Source: an uncultured bacterium
GTDB lineage: Bacteria > Verrucomicrobiota > Verrucomicrobiia > Verrucomicrobiales > DEV007
Direction: 5' to 3'
Assembly: GCA_963977015.1 (NCBI GenBank)
Contig: CAXBMO010000020.1
Location: forward strand, 1 to 64,000
Length of the DNA: 64,000 nucleotides
This document shows positions 49,801 to 59,353 of this stretch, piece after piece. The notes below the pieces were generated by a model. It searched no databases and had not been told where the DNA came from. It was given only the letters and a program-made list of their open reading frames with translations. The position numbers were made by a program, and so were the translations under genes. How positions within the stretch are numbered: position 1 is the stretch's first letter; each line of letters starts with the position of its first letter.

Positions 49801-49912
49801 TTCGATGGCCTATGCGATGATGTTCGGTCTGGGCTTCGCCACCCTGCTCACCCTGGCACTTTGCCCGGTCCTGTTCTTCCTCTTTTTCAACCAGAAGGAA
49901 AAGACCGCCTAA
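46862..49912 (+). CDS. RND efflux permease (AcrB/AcrD/AcrF family)
   Basis: VEQEVTEPIE, ALGLLVDNAVVVSE, GIIVNNAILL, RLRPIIMTT; ~1016 aa. Confidence 0.95.
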   Translation: MNPAAFTLKNNRTALVIYGATLLFGAATFLSISRLEYPEFTIRNAQIITQYPGRTTVQVEQEVTEPIEQKLRQMPEMLEIKSTSKPGLSIITVEIRDEFFDMEDIWTDMRNRISEVRLPQGAQEPTVNDDFGDVFPYIYALTSDGFSYREMLDHAEDIRDALLAIDGVGKVEFHGEQEERIYLEFSSSEVAAYGASPTRIAGVINNQNAVSTSGDVQFGPERINLITLGEFENLDELKSYRLTIPGEATSVQVSDLFNVQRSYQDPPRSITHFNGERVICIAVSMLDGGVVTKIGDAIEMKLAALQQELPVGLDIESMFFQPEYVAKSVNDFVVNLGQAFFFVVIVMLLFAGWRISIIVGILVPSAILIAFALMPSLGIALETMSIAALIIALGLLVDNAVVVSEQILVRLNAGQSRFEAVTESVRTLTIPLLAASGTTIAAFSTIALASGQTAEFTYSLFAVVSLTLLGSWILSITIIPLFSFYFLKELKRDTLIGRGLNRLYDPYERMLRFLLKLKWAYPILILVLTLGAGMLFGKVPSIFFPPNERGQFVIEFELPLGTDISETEARVAELESYLLSEERDQIRRVSTWIGDGGPRWYLSLSPEPPNSGYAFFSVLTHSNDPKSIQRMINRIHQFAENQDPNVRVVARTLENGPPVGDPIQIRLYGPDMETLYKLRDEIIPEVEAVPGMFDVRDSWGSWVKQISVDPDPVRSVRLGLTTNSISESLNLQFSGLNFSTFQEDEEAIPMVMRSKEDFRENPDRIADLPIFISSGTVPLGQVADTSVDFLPGSIKREDTIRMMTIKGRVRDRFSSEALAEVQPRIAKLVEGENWPIGYWIEYGGEQEESAKSQKSIGSAMPISLTILSLILIGQFNSLRRFAIILLTIPPMLIGVVPGLLITGSSFGFMTLLGMIALLGIIVNNAILLIDETDHQIDEGLELEEAIVEAAKSRLRPIIMTTITTIIGLLPLAISGGGMWSSMAYAMMFGLGFATLLTLALCPVLFFLFFNQKEKTA

Positions 49913-51342
49913 CCTTTCGGCGTCGGAAACCGGGCGCCGGATTCTTGCAGCTGCCGTTTGAGCTCAGCCTTCCACTCTGCGGCCAATTCCGGTCTCGCCT
50001 TCGCGAGATCGTCCTGCTCTCCGAGGTCGGATTCCAGGTTGAAGAGTTCAACACGATCATCTTCGTGATAGTGGATCAGTTTCCACGCTCCTTTTCGAAT
50101 GGCGGAACTGGGACGCGTCTGGCTCGTCACAAAATCCCCCATCCCGATTTCCTTCGGGCTTTTCTCAAACCCCTTCTCCGGATGATAATACGGAAAGTGC
50201 CAGATCAATGGCCTGGCGCGAGGCAGTTCGAAGCCAGGATTTGCCAACACGGGAACCAGGCTCGTTCCGTCACGCGATTCATCGGACTGCGGCATCTCGG
50301 AAACCTCGCAAAACGTCGGGAACCAATCGCAGCCGTGAACCACCGCGTCGCACGCCTTGCCTTCGGGAATTCGACCGGGCCACCGCGCGATCATGGGCAC
50401 TCGAATGCCTCCTTCATAGAGGTTCCATTTGCTTCCCCTAAGCGGGGCATTGCTCGTGTAGTTGGGATGACCACCGTTGTCCGCCATCAAAACCACCAGG
50501 GTGTTCGAAGCCAATCCCGATTGATCCAGCGATTCCAAAACCCGCCCGACGAGATGATCCAGGGTCTCGACCATCGCGCCGTAGGAGGCGCGAATCCCGG
50601 GAGCGTCAGGCGGAAGTCGATCCCGATATTTCTCGATCAACCACGCGCATCGCGAATGGACCGGGTCATGAACAAAGTAGTGGGAAAGGTAGAGGAAAAA
50701 CGGCTCCTCCTTGTGATGGTCGAGAAATTCGAGCGCCTGATCGGTCAGCGAATCCTGCGGAAACTCCCCATCGGAAACGGGTTCATCGCGAAGTCTCTTG
50801 GTCTTGCGATAGGCGTAGGGGTGAGAACCAAAGTCAGAGCTTCCACTCTGGAAACCTTGTTGCAGAGGCCCATGGGTAGGCGACCAACCGAGGTAACCCT
50901 GGTAGTGTTGACTCACATGCCACTTCCCGAAAAATCCCGTGGTCATCCCCGCAGAAGCAAGCGCTTCTCCGATCGTCTCTTCTTCCAAACCCAGATTCAG
51001 GGTAAAGGGCGGCGATTGCAGTGGCACCTCGCCGTTGGCGAATTGCTGCTGGCCCGGCTTGTCCTTGGTCACAAACTCGAAATTCAGCCTTGCCGGCGTT
51101 TTACCAGTGAGGATCGCAGCGCGAGAGGCGGAACAAATGGGCGCGGGTGCGTAAGCCTGCGTAAACCGCATCCCCTGCCCCGCCAGGCGATCGATGTTCG
51201 GCGTGTCGTGAATCGGATTTCCGTAACATCCGAAATCGCTCCACGCGACGTCGTCGGCCAGAATGAAGACGATATTGGGAACCTCTGCCTTGGCGCTTGC
51301 CCAAGCACAAATTCCAGCCAGAACGAGCAGGCGAAGCGTCAC
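49909..51342 (-). CDS. Cys-type sulfatase, exported
   Basis: PNIVFILADD, CSASRAAILTG, GKWH, DNGG, YEGGIRVP. Confidence 0.95.
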   Translation of the reverse strand: MTLRLLVLAGICAWASAKAEVPNIVFILADDVAWSDFGCYGNPIHDTPNIDRLAGQGMRFTQAYAPAPICSASRAAILTGKTPARLNFEFVTKDKPGQQQFANGEVPLQSPPFTLNLGLEEETIGEALASAGMTTGFFGKWHVSQHYQGYLGWSPTHGPLQQGFQSGSSDFGSHPYAYRKTKRLRDEPVSDGEFPQDSLTDQALEFLDHHKEEPFFLYLSHYFVHDPVHSRCAWLIEKYRDRLPPDAPGIRASYGAMVETLDHLVGRVLESLDQSGLASNTLVVLMADNGGHPNYTSNAPLRGSKWNLYEGGIRVPMIARWPGRIPEGKACDAVVHGCDWFPTFCEVSEMPQSDESRDGTSLVPVLANPGFELPRARPLIWHFPYYHPEKGFEKSPKEIGMGDFVTSQTRPSSAIRKGAWKLIHYHEDDRVELFNLESDLGEQDDLAKARPELAAEWKAELKRQLQESGARFPTPKG

Positions 51343-52766
51343 AAGATCGCTCCCGGCTCGTAGGCTTCGGCATCGGGATACGCCTCACAAAGCTTCTTCA
51401 CGTTGGCCACAAATCCGTCGATCTGCGCTTTCGCGGCACCTGTCCGGGAGCGCCCGGCTTCCAGAATGCTGTTGAGATCCTCCCGCGACATTCCAATCCG
51501 CTCATCCTTCGCCAACCGCTCCACAAAATCGTTCTCGACCTGCTCACCAGATCGCAACGCTTTCACCGCAGCAACCGCGTTTTCCTTGATCGCCTCGTGG
51601 GCAACTTCGCGACCCACGCCAGACTTGACCGCCTCCATCAGAAACGTCGTCGAAAGCAGGAACGGCAGATAATGTTCGTTCTCCCGTTCGATGACCGCCG
51701 GATAGACTTCCATCTGGCCCAGCACCGTCAAAAACGTCTCCAGCAAGCCATCCATCGCGAAAAACGCGTCGGGCAACATCACCCGCCGAACGACACTGCA
51801 GGACACATCACCTTCGTTCCATTGATCGCCTGACAATCCTGCCGCCATCGTCTGATAGCCTTTCAAGATCGTGTGGAAACCGTTGATTCTCTCGCAACTG
51901 CGGCTGTTCATCTTGTGCGGCATCGCGGAAGAGCCGACCTGGCCTTTCGCAAACCCTTCGCTTGCCGTCTCGTGACCGGCCATCAGGCGAAGCGTCTTGG
52001 CAAAGCTGCTCGGTCCCGACGCGAGTTCGACCAACGTGCTCACCACGCGTCCGTCGAGGCTGCGGGGATAAACCTGACCGACTGCCGAGTAGGTTTGGGG
52101 GATTCCCAAGTGATGGACGACTTTCTCCTCCAGACTCGACGCCCGTCCAGCATCGCCTTCAACCAGGCTGAGTTGATCGAGCTGCGTCCCGACCGCACCC
52201 TTCAACCCTCGCGCCGGATACGTTGCAAGAATGTGGCGAAGTTGCTCAAAGCTGGAGAAAAACTCTTCGCCAAACATGGCGATCCGTTTCCCGAACGTTG
52301 TCAATTGCGCTGCAACATTGTGGGTCCGCGCCGTGATGATGATCTCGGCAAATTCGTCCGCGCGGCGCGCCAAAGCCGCCAGCGTTGCCGCTGACTTCCT
52401 CTCGATGACCTGAAGCGCCCGAAAAACCTGCAACTGCTCGACGTTCTCCGTCAAATCGCGGCTCGTCATGCCTTTGTGAATGTGCTCGCAGCCTGCCAGA
52501 TCACAAAACTCCTCGATCCTGGCTTTCACATCATGCCGCGTCACTCGCTCGCGCTTCATGATGGAATCGAGATCGACCGTGTCCTTCACCTTCTCGTAAG
52601 CCGCAATCGCTTCGGCGGGAACTTCGATTCCCAAATCCTGCTGTGCCTTCATCACGGCAATCCATAACTCACGCTCCAGAACGACTTTACCTTCGGGCGA
52701 CCAAATTTGACGCATCGCTGGGGATGCATAGCGTTCCGCGAGAACGTTGGGGACAGATGATGACAT
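51339..52766 (-). CDS. purB: Adenylosuccinate lyase
   Basis: RYAS, TRHDVKA, HKGMTSRD, RTHNVAAQ, signature GSSAMPHKMN. Confidence 0.95.
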   Translation of the reverse strand: MSSSVPNVLAERYASPAMRQIWSPEGKVVLERELWIAVMKAQQDLGIEVPAEAIAAYEKVKDTVDLDSIMKRERVTRHDVKARIEEFCDLAGCEHIHKGMTSRDLTENVEQLQVFRALQVIERKSAATLAALARRADEFAEIIITARTHNVAAQLTTFGKRIAMFGEEFFSSFEQLRHILATYPARGLKGAVGTQLDQLSLVEGDAGRASSLEEKVVHHLGIPQTYSAVGQVYPRSLDGRVVSTLVELASGPSSFAKTLRLMAGHETASEGFAKGQVGSSAMPHKMNSRSCERINGFHTILKGYQTMAAGLSGDQWNEGDVSCSVVRRVMLPDAFFAMDGLLETFLTVLGQMEVYPAVIERENEHYLPFLLSTTFLMEAVKSGVGREVAHEAIKENAVAAVKALRSGEQVENDFVERLAKDERIGMSREDLNSILEAGRSRTGAAKAQIDGFVANVKKLCEAYPDAEAYEPGAIL

Positions 52767-52898
52767 GGCGCCACTTGAGCCAAGAAAAGGGCGATGTAAA
52801 CCCACGATCGACCTGGCATAATCCACGATAAACGATTGGACGCGCTGCCCCTCACGTCCAAGAATCAGCATGGGCATCCCCTGTCCGGAAAAATTACC

Positions 52899-53693
52899 AT
52901 GACCGTCGCGGATCAACTCTTCACGGATGCAGCGAACTTGTCTGTCATTTTGCTCGGCATCGCCTTGCTGACAGGACAATTGTTTCGGCGGAAATTCGCG
53001 TTCCAGGAGGCAGCACCACTCGGAAACGTCTCCGTTGAGGAATACCGCGCGCCCGAGTTGCTGATCGCTCTTGGCATGATCGTAATTTTCTACATCAAGG
53101 GAACCACCGCGTTCTCGGCCTCCTGGCTAACGCTTCTCGCTCCCATCCTGGTCCTGATTCATCTCGGGCCCATTCGAAGTTTGCCACTCCTCGAGCATTT
53201 TGGCCTGGACCGGAAGCTCGACCGCCCCTTTCTGGTTCGCAGAATATTGCCGATGTTTGGAATCGTGACGGCCGTCACACTGTTGACGATGTACCTTTGG
53301 CAACTGTGGCTCACGGATCTTGTTGGCGAACTCCCGGCCCAACCTGGTATTCAGATGCTCCGCGACAATCCAAAAAATGTCGGCATCTGGCTCGCCCTTT
53401 TCATCCAGGCCTGCATTTTTGCCCCGATTGCGGAGGAGGTCCTTTTCCGCGGTTTCCTATATCCGGTGTTGAAGCGCTTTGTTCAACCGTTTGCCGCGGC
53501 GGTCGTCGTCGCGGGAATTTTCGCGATCGCCCATCCCGTCAATGCCGCATCCCTCGCGCCACTCTTCGTTCTCGGCATCCTCCTCGTAATTTGCTATGAA
53601 TGGACCGGGACGCTTTGGGCTCCCATTCTGGTTCATTTCGGCTTCAACGCTTTCAATCTGGTCTACACCTTTGCTTCCGTGAATGCAGGATGA
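52899..53693 (+). CDS. CPBP/Abi family intramembrane metalloprotease
   Basis: APIAEEVLFRG, FAIAH, HFGFN; multiple TM helices. Confidence 0.9.
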   Translation: MTVADQLFTDAANLSVILLGIALLTGQLFRRKFAFQEAAPLGNVSVEEYRAPELLIALGMIVIFYIKGTTAFSASWLTLLAPILVLIHLGPIRSLPLLEHFGLDRKLDRPFLVRRILPMFGIVTAVTLLTMYLWQLWLTDLVGELPAQPGIQMLRDNPKNVGIWLALFIQACIFAPIAEEVLFRGFLYPVLKRFVQPFAAAVVVAGIFAIAHPVNAASLAPLFVLGILLVICYEWTGTLWAPILVHFGFNAFNLVYTFASVNAG

Positions 53694-54606
53694 ACGTCCA
53701 AGTGAGGAAACCCTGAAACAAGCGGGCGAAAACGCGATCATCGAGCACCTGACGAAGCATCTGCACTACGGGGACGATGTCGTCGCCGGCCCGGGCGATG
53801 ACTGCGCGGTGATTCAACAAAGTGAAGATCGATTCCAGCTTCTGAAGACCGACAGCGTGATCGAGCAAGTTCACTTTCTTCCAAATTCGGATCCTGAGAA
53901 AATCGGTTGGAAAGCAGCGGCGCGCGTTGTCAGCGATTTTGCGGCGATGGGAGGCGGCCAACCGCAAAACGCCTTGATCACCCTGATCAGCCCCGGCGAC
54001 CGTCGGCTCGACTGGGCTCGAAACATCTATCGCGGTCTCGAGCGATGTGCCCAGCAATTCGAATTCTCGATTGTCGGTGGCGAAACGTCTCAATCGCCGG
54101 CCGAAGCACCCATCGCCATCATCACCGTGGCCATGAGCGGCGAGATCGAGAACAAGCGTTGCGTGTTTCGCTCCGGAGCACGAATCGGCGATGCGATTTA
54201 CGTGACCGGACGGCTGGGCGGCTCGATTTCCGGCAAGCATCTCCAGTTCATACCACGCCTGCGGGAAGCGGGTTGGCTGACCAGGCAATTTTCCGGCGCC
54301 ATTCATGCGATGATGGATCTGAGCGATGGTCTCGCCAAAGATCTCCCGCGCTTGGCGACGGCGAGTAAAGTCGGGTTCCGGATCGACCGCGATCAGATTC
54401 CCTGCAACGAACACTGTACGGTCGAACAAGCTTTGCGGGATGGAGAGGACTACGAGCTTCTGTTTACCGCCGATCCTGACGCGAATTTGGAGACCGACTG
54501 GAAGAATGAATTTCCCGATCTCCCTCTTACTCAGATCGGTAGGATTACCGACTCCTCAGAATCCGAGAACCTGACCGGCGGATGGGACCCTTTCGAAAAG
54601 GACTGA
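53683..54606 (+). CDS. thiL: Thiamine-monophosphate kinase
   Basis: GPGDDCAV, SDFAAMGG, VGGET, DLSDGL, GEDYELLFT. Confidence 0.93.
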   Translation: MQDERPSEETLKQAGENAIIEHLTKHLHYGDDVVAGPGDDCAVIQQSEDRFQLLKTDSVIEQVHFLPNSDPEKIGWKAAARVVSDFAAMGGGQPQNALITLISPGDRRLDWARNIYRGLERCAQQFEFSIVGGETSQSPAEAPIAIITVAMSGEIENKRCVFRSGARIGDAIYVTGRLGGSISGKHLQFIPRLREAGWLTRQFSGAIHAMMDLSDGLAKDLPRLATASKVGFRIDRDQIPCNEHCTVEQALRDGEDYELLFTADPDANLETDWKNEFPDLPLTQIGRITDSSESENLTGGWDPFEKD

Positions 54607-54669
54607 GCAAGAGGCGTTGACAGCGTCACACAGACTGATCATTCTAGGGGCGAATCCGACCGAAACACG

Positions 54670-55116
54670 ATGGAAACGCCAGATCCTGCATCATCAGCCA
54701 AACCGCGAGTGCTCCTCGTTGATGACGAACCGAGTTTTACGCAACTGATGAAGGCCAACCTGGAGCGAATCTCCAATTTTGCCGTCGCCTGTGTCAACGA
54801 CTCCACCAAGGTTCTTACCATCTGTCAGGAATGGAAACCGGACGTGGTCGTCCTTGATGAAATGATGCCGGAAATCAACGGCTACGAGATTTTCAAGACG
54901 ATTCGCAATTCGGAGGTGCTTCCCAACATCCGCATCATCATGCTCTCGGCCTGTTACCGGCCACACGATCTGGAGAACGAGTTGAAGGGAAACCACGATC
55001 ACATGAAGTTTTCGAAACCGATCAAAGCCCGGGAACTCGTTCAGGCAATCACCGTGGAACTGGAGCGCGCAAAGAAGGAACGCCAAACTTCAGGACCTCC
55101 GGATTCCAAGCCTTAG
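54670..55116 (+). CDS. Single-domain response regulator (receiver)
   Basis: VLLVDDE, DVVVLDEMMPEING, IIMLSA, SKP. Confidence 0.9.
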   Translation: METPDPASSAKPRVLLVDDEPSFTQLMKANLERISNFAVACVNDSTKVLTICQEWKPDVVVLDEMMPEINGYEIFKTIRNSEVLPNIRIIMLSACYRPHDLENELKGNHDHMKFSKPIKARELVQAITVELERAKKERQTSGPPDSKP

Positions 55117-55142
55117 GCTGGTCCTCGATCAATGCACTCTGA

Positions 55143-55721
55143 ATGATCGACGATCTCTTCAGCACCTTACGACGTCGTTACCATCTGCGGCACTGGACCT
55201 GGCAAGGTGCCAAATTCCCACCCTGTCCCGAATGGTTGGAGAATGACGACCTGAAGGTCTTTTTCACCCGCGGCCCAAAGGTTCTCCGCAATGGTCAACT
55301 GACCTGGGGCATTGTCGTCCTCGCCGATCGCCATCTGCATGATCCCAAGGACCCGCGAGATGGCGTTGCCGAGATGCTCTATGCAACGCGCGGAGGCGCA
55401 GCAACGTCCATCGAGCACCTGCTCGGAGTTCGAGCCCGACTCCAGGAACTCGCCGGCAACAGCGAACCGGAAACGGACCCTTCGCACAGTTCCGAACGCA
55501 TGTTCGGCGAGGTTTTGCCGGATTGGATCGCCCAGGGAACGCCTTGTGCCGTCAGCACCACTTACGTCATTCGAAACCATTTGCCGGGTCGTCGCCTCGC
55601 CGACTACGTCGTTCCGATTCTCATGAGCCAGAACGACCCCAAAGTCGTGGCGATTCTCCCCGTGTATTTTTGGCCGAAGTATTTTGTCGCTCAGTGGCTG
55701 AATCTTCCCCGGGGGAGCTGA
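55143..55721 (+). CDS. Hypothetical protein
   Basis: 192-aa ORF in operon-like spacing; no motif recognised. Confidence 0.65.
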   Translation: MIDDLFSTLRRRYHLRHWTWQGAKFPPCPEWLENDDLKVFFTRGPKVLRNGQLTWGIVVLADRHLHDPKDPRDGVAEMLYATRGGAATSIEHLLGVRARLQELAGNSEPETDPSHSSERMFGEVLPDWIAQGTPCAVSTTYVIRNHLPGRRLADYVVPILMSQNDPKVVAILPVYFWPKYFVAQWLNLPRGS

Positions 55722-55780
55722 AAAGAGTTTTTTGCCGGATTTTGATCAAAGTAAGGCGTTGTCGGTCTGAGATCTGCAAC

Positions 55781-58102
55781 GTGACATGGCGACTCCAGCT
55801 CCTCTTTGTTTTAATTCTCGCGCCAGCGGTTCGTGCGGCTGAGGATTCCCCGCCAATCTGGCCGTTTTTCGAAAACCACTGCGTCGAATGCCACGACGAT
55901 TCCACTGCCAAGGGCGGGCTTGATTTGTATGAAGCCATTGAGAACACCATCGCCGGGAAGAAATCGGTTCAACGATGGACGGAGATTTTTGACCGCGTCG
56001 ATCACGATGAAATGCCGCCCCCCAAGAAGCCTCGTCCCGCTGCCGAGGAGAAAGCCGCGTTCCTCGATTGGATCCGTCCACGGCTGATTCAGGCCGACGC
56101 CACCGAGCGCGAAGTCGTTCACCGGAGACTCAATCGCGAAGAATACGAAAACACGGTTCGCGATCTGTTGGGGATCGAAACGGACCTGAAAGAATTGCTG
56201 CCGGAAGACCAATCGGCGTTTGGGTTCGACAACAATGGCGGGGCGCTCGCCATTTCCGCCGAGTTGATTGAGCGCTATCTGGAAGCCGCGCGGAGAGCGA
56301 TCGACGCGACACTTTATGAGGGGCCTCAACCCGAGGTTGAAACGTTTACCGCCAGTTCTCTCAAAGAAGTGACTCCATATCTCGGCGGCCATTTTGCAAG
56401 GATCGACGATCACATTTTCCGGTTCATGCGAACGCGCGGCAACTACAGCAAGATCTCCAGCCGAAGCCGGCGCACCACTCACGCCGGTCGTTACCGGGTT
56501 CGCTTTTCGGCGCGAACCGTCAACTCGCCAACGCCCATCACCTTTTCCGCTGTCGCCCTCAACCACCAAGGCATTGGCGGAAAGTCGGAAACGGTCGGCT
56601 ACTTCGAAGCGAGCGAGAAACCAACGTTCTTCGAGTTTGAAGTGAACGTCGAAAAGGGCTCTTACGTTCAGATCTTCTCCCACGATTTGCCCGTCTGGGT
56701 GAAGAACCCCTCGATCGACGAACATGCCGCCGTCGGCATCGGTCCCTTTGCGTGGACCGGCCCGCTCTATGAAAGTTGGCCGCCTCCGTCCCATCAGAAT
56801 CTCCTCGGCGACTGTGATCTCGAAACGGGAACGCTTGAGGACGCCGAAACGGTCTTTCGGAAGTTTCTTCCGAGAGCCTTCCGAAGACCCGTCACCGAAG
56901 CAGAAATTGCCCGACCCGTCGCGCTCGTAAAAAAGGCGATCGATGCGGGACGCCCTTTTTCCGAGAGTCTCCGCGTGGGACTCGAAAGCATTCTTTGCTC
57001 GCCGAATCTTCTCTTCCTCCGCGAAACGAGCCACGAACAAGATCGAATCTCTGATTACGAGTTAGCCTCGCGACTGTCCTACTTTCTTTGGAACTCCACT
57101 CCCGACCAGGTCCTCCTCGATCACGCCGCCAACGGAGAACTCAGCAATCCTACTCACCTCAGCCAGGAAGTTGAGCGCATGCTCAACCACCCCAAGAGCG
57201 ACCGGTTTGTCGAAAACTTCACCGGGCAATGGCTCAAACTCCGCGAGATCAATGCGACGACGCCGGACGGCAAGCTCTACAAGGAATTCGATGAGGTGTT
57301 GCAAGTCAGCATGATCGCGGAATCCCAGGCTTTCTTCGATCATCTCCTGACCGAGAACCTTCCGCTAACGAACTTCCTGGATTCGGATTTCGCGATGTTG
57401 AATCGCCGTCTCGCCAATCACTACGGGATCGACGGCGTTGAAGGTTTTGCGATGCAACCGGTTGCCTTGCCGCCCGGTCACGTTCGCGGCGGAGTCCTGA
57501 CCCAAGGGGCCGTTCTCAAAGTGACCGCCAACGGGACCAACACCTCACCCGTGATGCGCGGTGTCTGGGTTTTGGAGAACGTGTTGGGAAAACACATCCC
57601 TCCTCCCCCGCCGAACATCGAAGGAATCGAGCCCGACATCCGCGAAGCCACCACAATTCGGGAGAAACTGGATTTGCACCGGAATTCGGAAAGCTGCGCC
57701 AGTTGCCATCAATACATCGACCCACCGGGTTTCGCCCTCGAAAGCTTCGATCCGATTGGCAGCTACCGCGAAAACTATCTCCAGTTCAAAGTGAATCCCA
57801 AATTCGCGGACAAAGGTTGGGGATCCGTGGTCAAGGCAAAGCCCGTTGATGCATCGGGCCAGTTTGCGACCGGCGAGGCTTTTGCAACGTTTCAAGAATT
57901 CCGGGCGCTCCTTCTCGAGGATTCCGAAACCTTCGCCGCCTGCCTGACCGATCGACTGGCGACCTATGCGCTCGGTCGCGAGATGGGCTTTTCCGACCGC
58001 GAAGCGCTTCATTCCATCGTCTCCAAAACCCGGGCAGAAGGAAACGGCTTTCGCACCTTGATTCACAACCTCATTTCCAGCCCCCTCTTCTCCCAACCAT
58101 GA
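55781..58102 (+). CDS. DUF1592-type (PSD/Planctomycete cytochrome c) multidomain protein
   Basis: GTG start with signal peptide; CVECH, RRLNREEYENTVRDLLG, YELASRLSYFLW, CASCH...IDPPG. Confidence 0.92.
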   Translation: MTWRLQLLFVLILAPAVRAAEDSPPIWPFFENHCVECHDDSTAKGGLDLYEAIENTIAGKKSVQRWTEIFDRVDHDEMPPPKKPRPAAEEKAAFLDWIRPRLIQADATEREVVHRRLNREEYENTVRDLLGIETDLKELLPEDQSAFGFDNNGGALAISAELIERYLEAARRAIDATLYEGPQPEVETFTASSLKEVTPYLGGHFARIDDHIFRFMRTRGNYSKISSRSRRTTHAGRYRVRFSARTVNSPTPITFSAVALNHQGIGGKSETVGYFEASEKPTFFEFEVNVEKGSYVQIFSHDLPVWVKNPSIDEHAAVGIGPFAWTGPLYESWPPPSHQNLLGDCDLETGTLEDAETVFRKFLPRAFRRPVTEAEIARPVALVKKAIDAGRPFSESLRVGLESILCSPNLLFLRETSHEQDRISDYELASRLSYFLWNSTPDQVLLDHAANGELSNPTHLSQEVERMLNHPKSDRFVENFTGQWLKLREINATTPDGKLYKEFDEVLQVSMIAESQAFFDHLLTENLPLTNFLDSDFAMLNRRLANHYGIDGVEGFAMQPVALPPGHVRGGVLTQGAVLKVTANGTNTSPVMRGVWVLENVLGKHIPPPPPNIEGIEPDIREATTIREKLDLHRNSESCASCHQYIDPPGFALESFDPIGSYRENYLQFKVNPKFADKGWGSVVKAKPVDASGQFATGEAFATFQEFRALLLEDSETFAACLTDRLATYALGREMGFSDREALHSIVSKTRAEGNGFRTLIHNLISSPLFSQP

Positions 58103-59340
58103 AGTCTCTGAATCGTCGTCGCTTTTTGCGCGGAGTCGGCGTCTCTCTCGCCCTTCCGATCCTCGAATCCCGCGGTGCCGGCGTGAAGCCGGGTTCCGGC
58201 CCCATCAATCGCTTCGTCGCGATCAATGTTCCGCTCGGTTTTCATCCGCCACGTTTTTTCCCGACCACAGCCGGTCGCGACTACGAGACCAGCGAATATC
58301 TGAAGGCTGCCGATCATCTTCGCAACGATTTCACGATCATTTCCGGAACCAGTCACCCCGGGGTTGATGGTGGACACAGCGCGGAAAAATCTTTCCTCAC
58401 CGCCGCACCTCATCCAGGCGAGCGCGGGTTCAAAAACACGATTTCCGTCGATCAGGTCATCGCCAAGCAGATTGGCGATTCGACCCGCTACGCATCACTC
58501 GCCACCGGCGACCGCAGCTTATCATGGACCGCCAACGGCGTCTCCATCCCCCAGATCCAATCACCCGCCCAACTCTTCAACGATCTCTTCCTGTCCGGCA
58601 ACGCCAACGAAGTCGAGCAACGCCGCAGGCAACTCTCGGACGGTCATAGCATCATCGATTCCGTTCTGGACGAGGCGAAGGCCATGCAACGGGAAATCAG
58701 TCGCGCGGATCAGGAGAAAATGGATCAGTTTTTCACCGCAGTTCGCGAAACCGAAAATCGGCTGACGAAAGCGGACCGCTGGCTCGACACGCCCAAGCCA
58801 AAGGTCGAGGCGAAGCAACCTGACGACTATCGGTCCGTCGATATCGAGCAATGGACGCGTTCCCATTTTGAGGTCAATCGACTCGCTTTGATGACGGACT
58901 CGACGCGGGTCATCAGCTTTGGCGCGGCCGGTCATGGAAGTGTCGTTCCGCTGCCGGGCGTCACCATGGGATACCACGGGCTTTCCCACCATGGGAAGAA
59001 CCCGGACATGCTCCGCCAACTCGGAATCATCGAACATGCGATGATCAAAGTCTGGGCCGAGTTCATTGAGAACCTCAAAGACACGCCTGATGGCGATGGA
59101 ACCCTGCTCGACCACACCCAGGTGCTGTTGGGAAGTAATCTCGGCAACGCGAGCGGTCACCTCACGACCAACCTACCCGTGATTCTCGCCGGAGGCGGTT
59201 ACCAACATGGTCAGCACCTCGCCTTCGATGGAAAGGACAACTATCCGCTTCCCAATCTCTTCGTCAGCATCATGCAACGACTCGGGCTCGAAGCGGATCG
59301 CTTCGCCTCAAGCACGGGAACAATGACCGGCCTGGCGTGA
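58099..59340 (+). CDS. DUF1552 (HXXSHH) family protein
   Basis: NRRRFLRGVG, TISVDQ, YHGLSHH, FASSTG; ATGA overlap with the upstream gene. Confidence 0.93.
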   Translation: MKSLNRRRFLRGVGVSLALPILESRGAGVKPGSGPINRFVAINVPLGFHPPRFFPTTAGRDYETSEYLKAADHLRNDFTIISGTSHPGVDGGHSAEKSFLTAAPHPGERGFKNTISVDQVIAKQIGDSTRYASLATGDRSLSWTANGVSIPQIQSPAQLFNDLFLSGNANEVEQRRRQLSDGHSIIDSVLDEAKAMQREISRADQEKMDQFFTAVRETENRLTKADRWLDTPKPKVEAKQPDDYRSVDIEQWTRSHFEVNRLALMTDSTRVISFGAAGHGSVVPLPGVTMGYHGLSHHGKNPDMLRQLGIIEHAMIKVWAEFIENLKDTPDGDGTLLDHTQVLLGSNLGNASGHLTTNLPVILAGGGYQHGQHLAFDGKDNYPLPNLFVSIMQRLGLEADRFASSTGTMTGLA

Positions 59341-59353
59341 TCCGCCTTCCCTG

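Noticed and set aside
49795-51363. 522-aa plus-strand ORF
   Set aside because: Antisense shadow of the sulfatase
52899-53693. Abortive-infection gene (Abi name)
   Set aside because: Ordinary CPBP protease overlapping thiL in a housekeeping context
53600-53700. TPP riboswitch before thiL
   Set aside because: thiL overlaps the upstream CDS and no TPP aptamer core was seen
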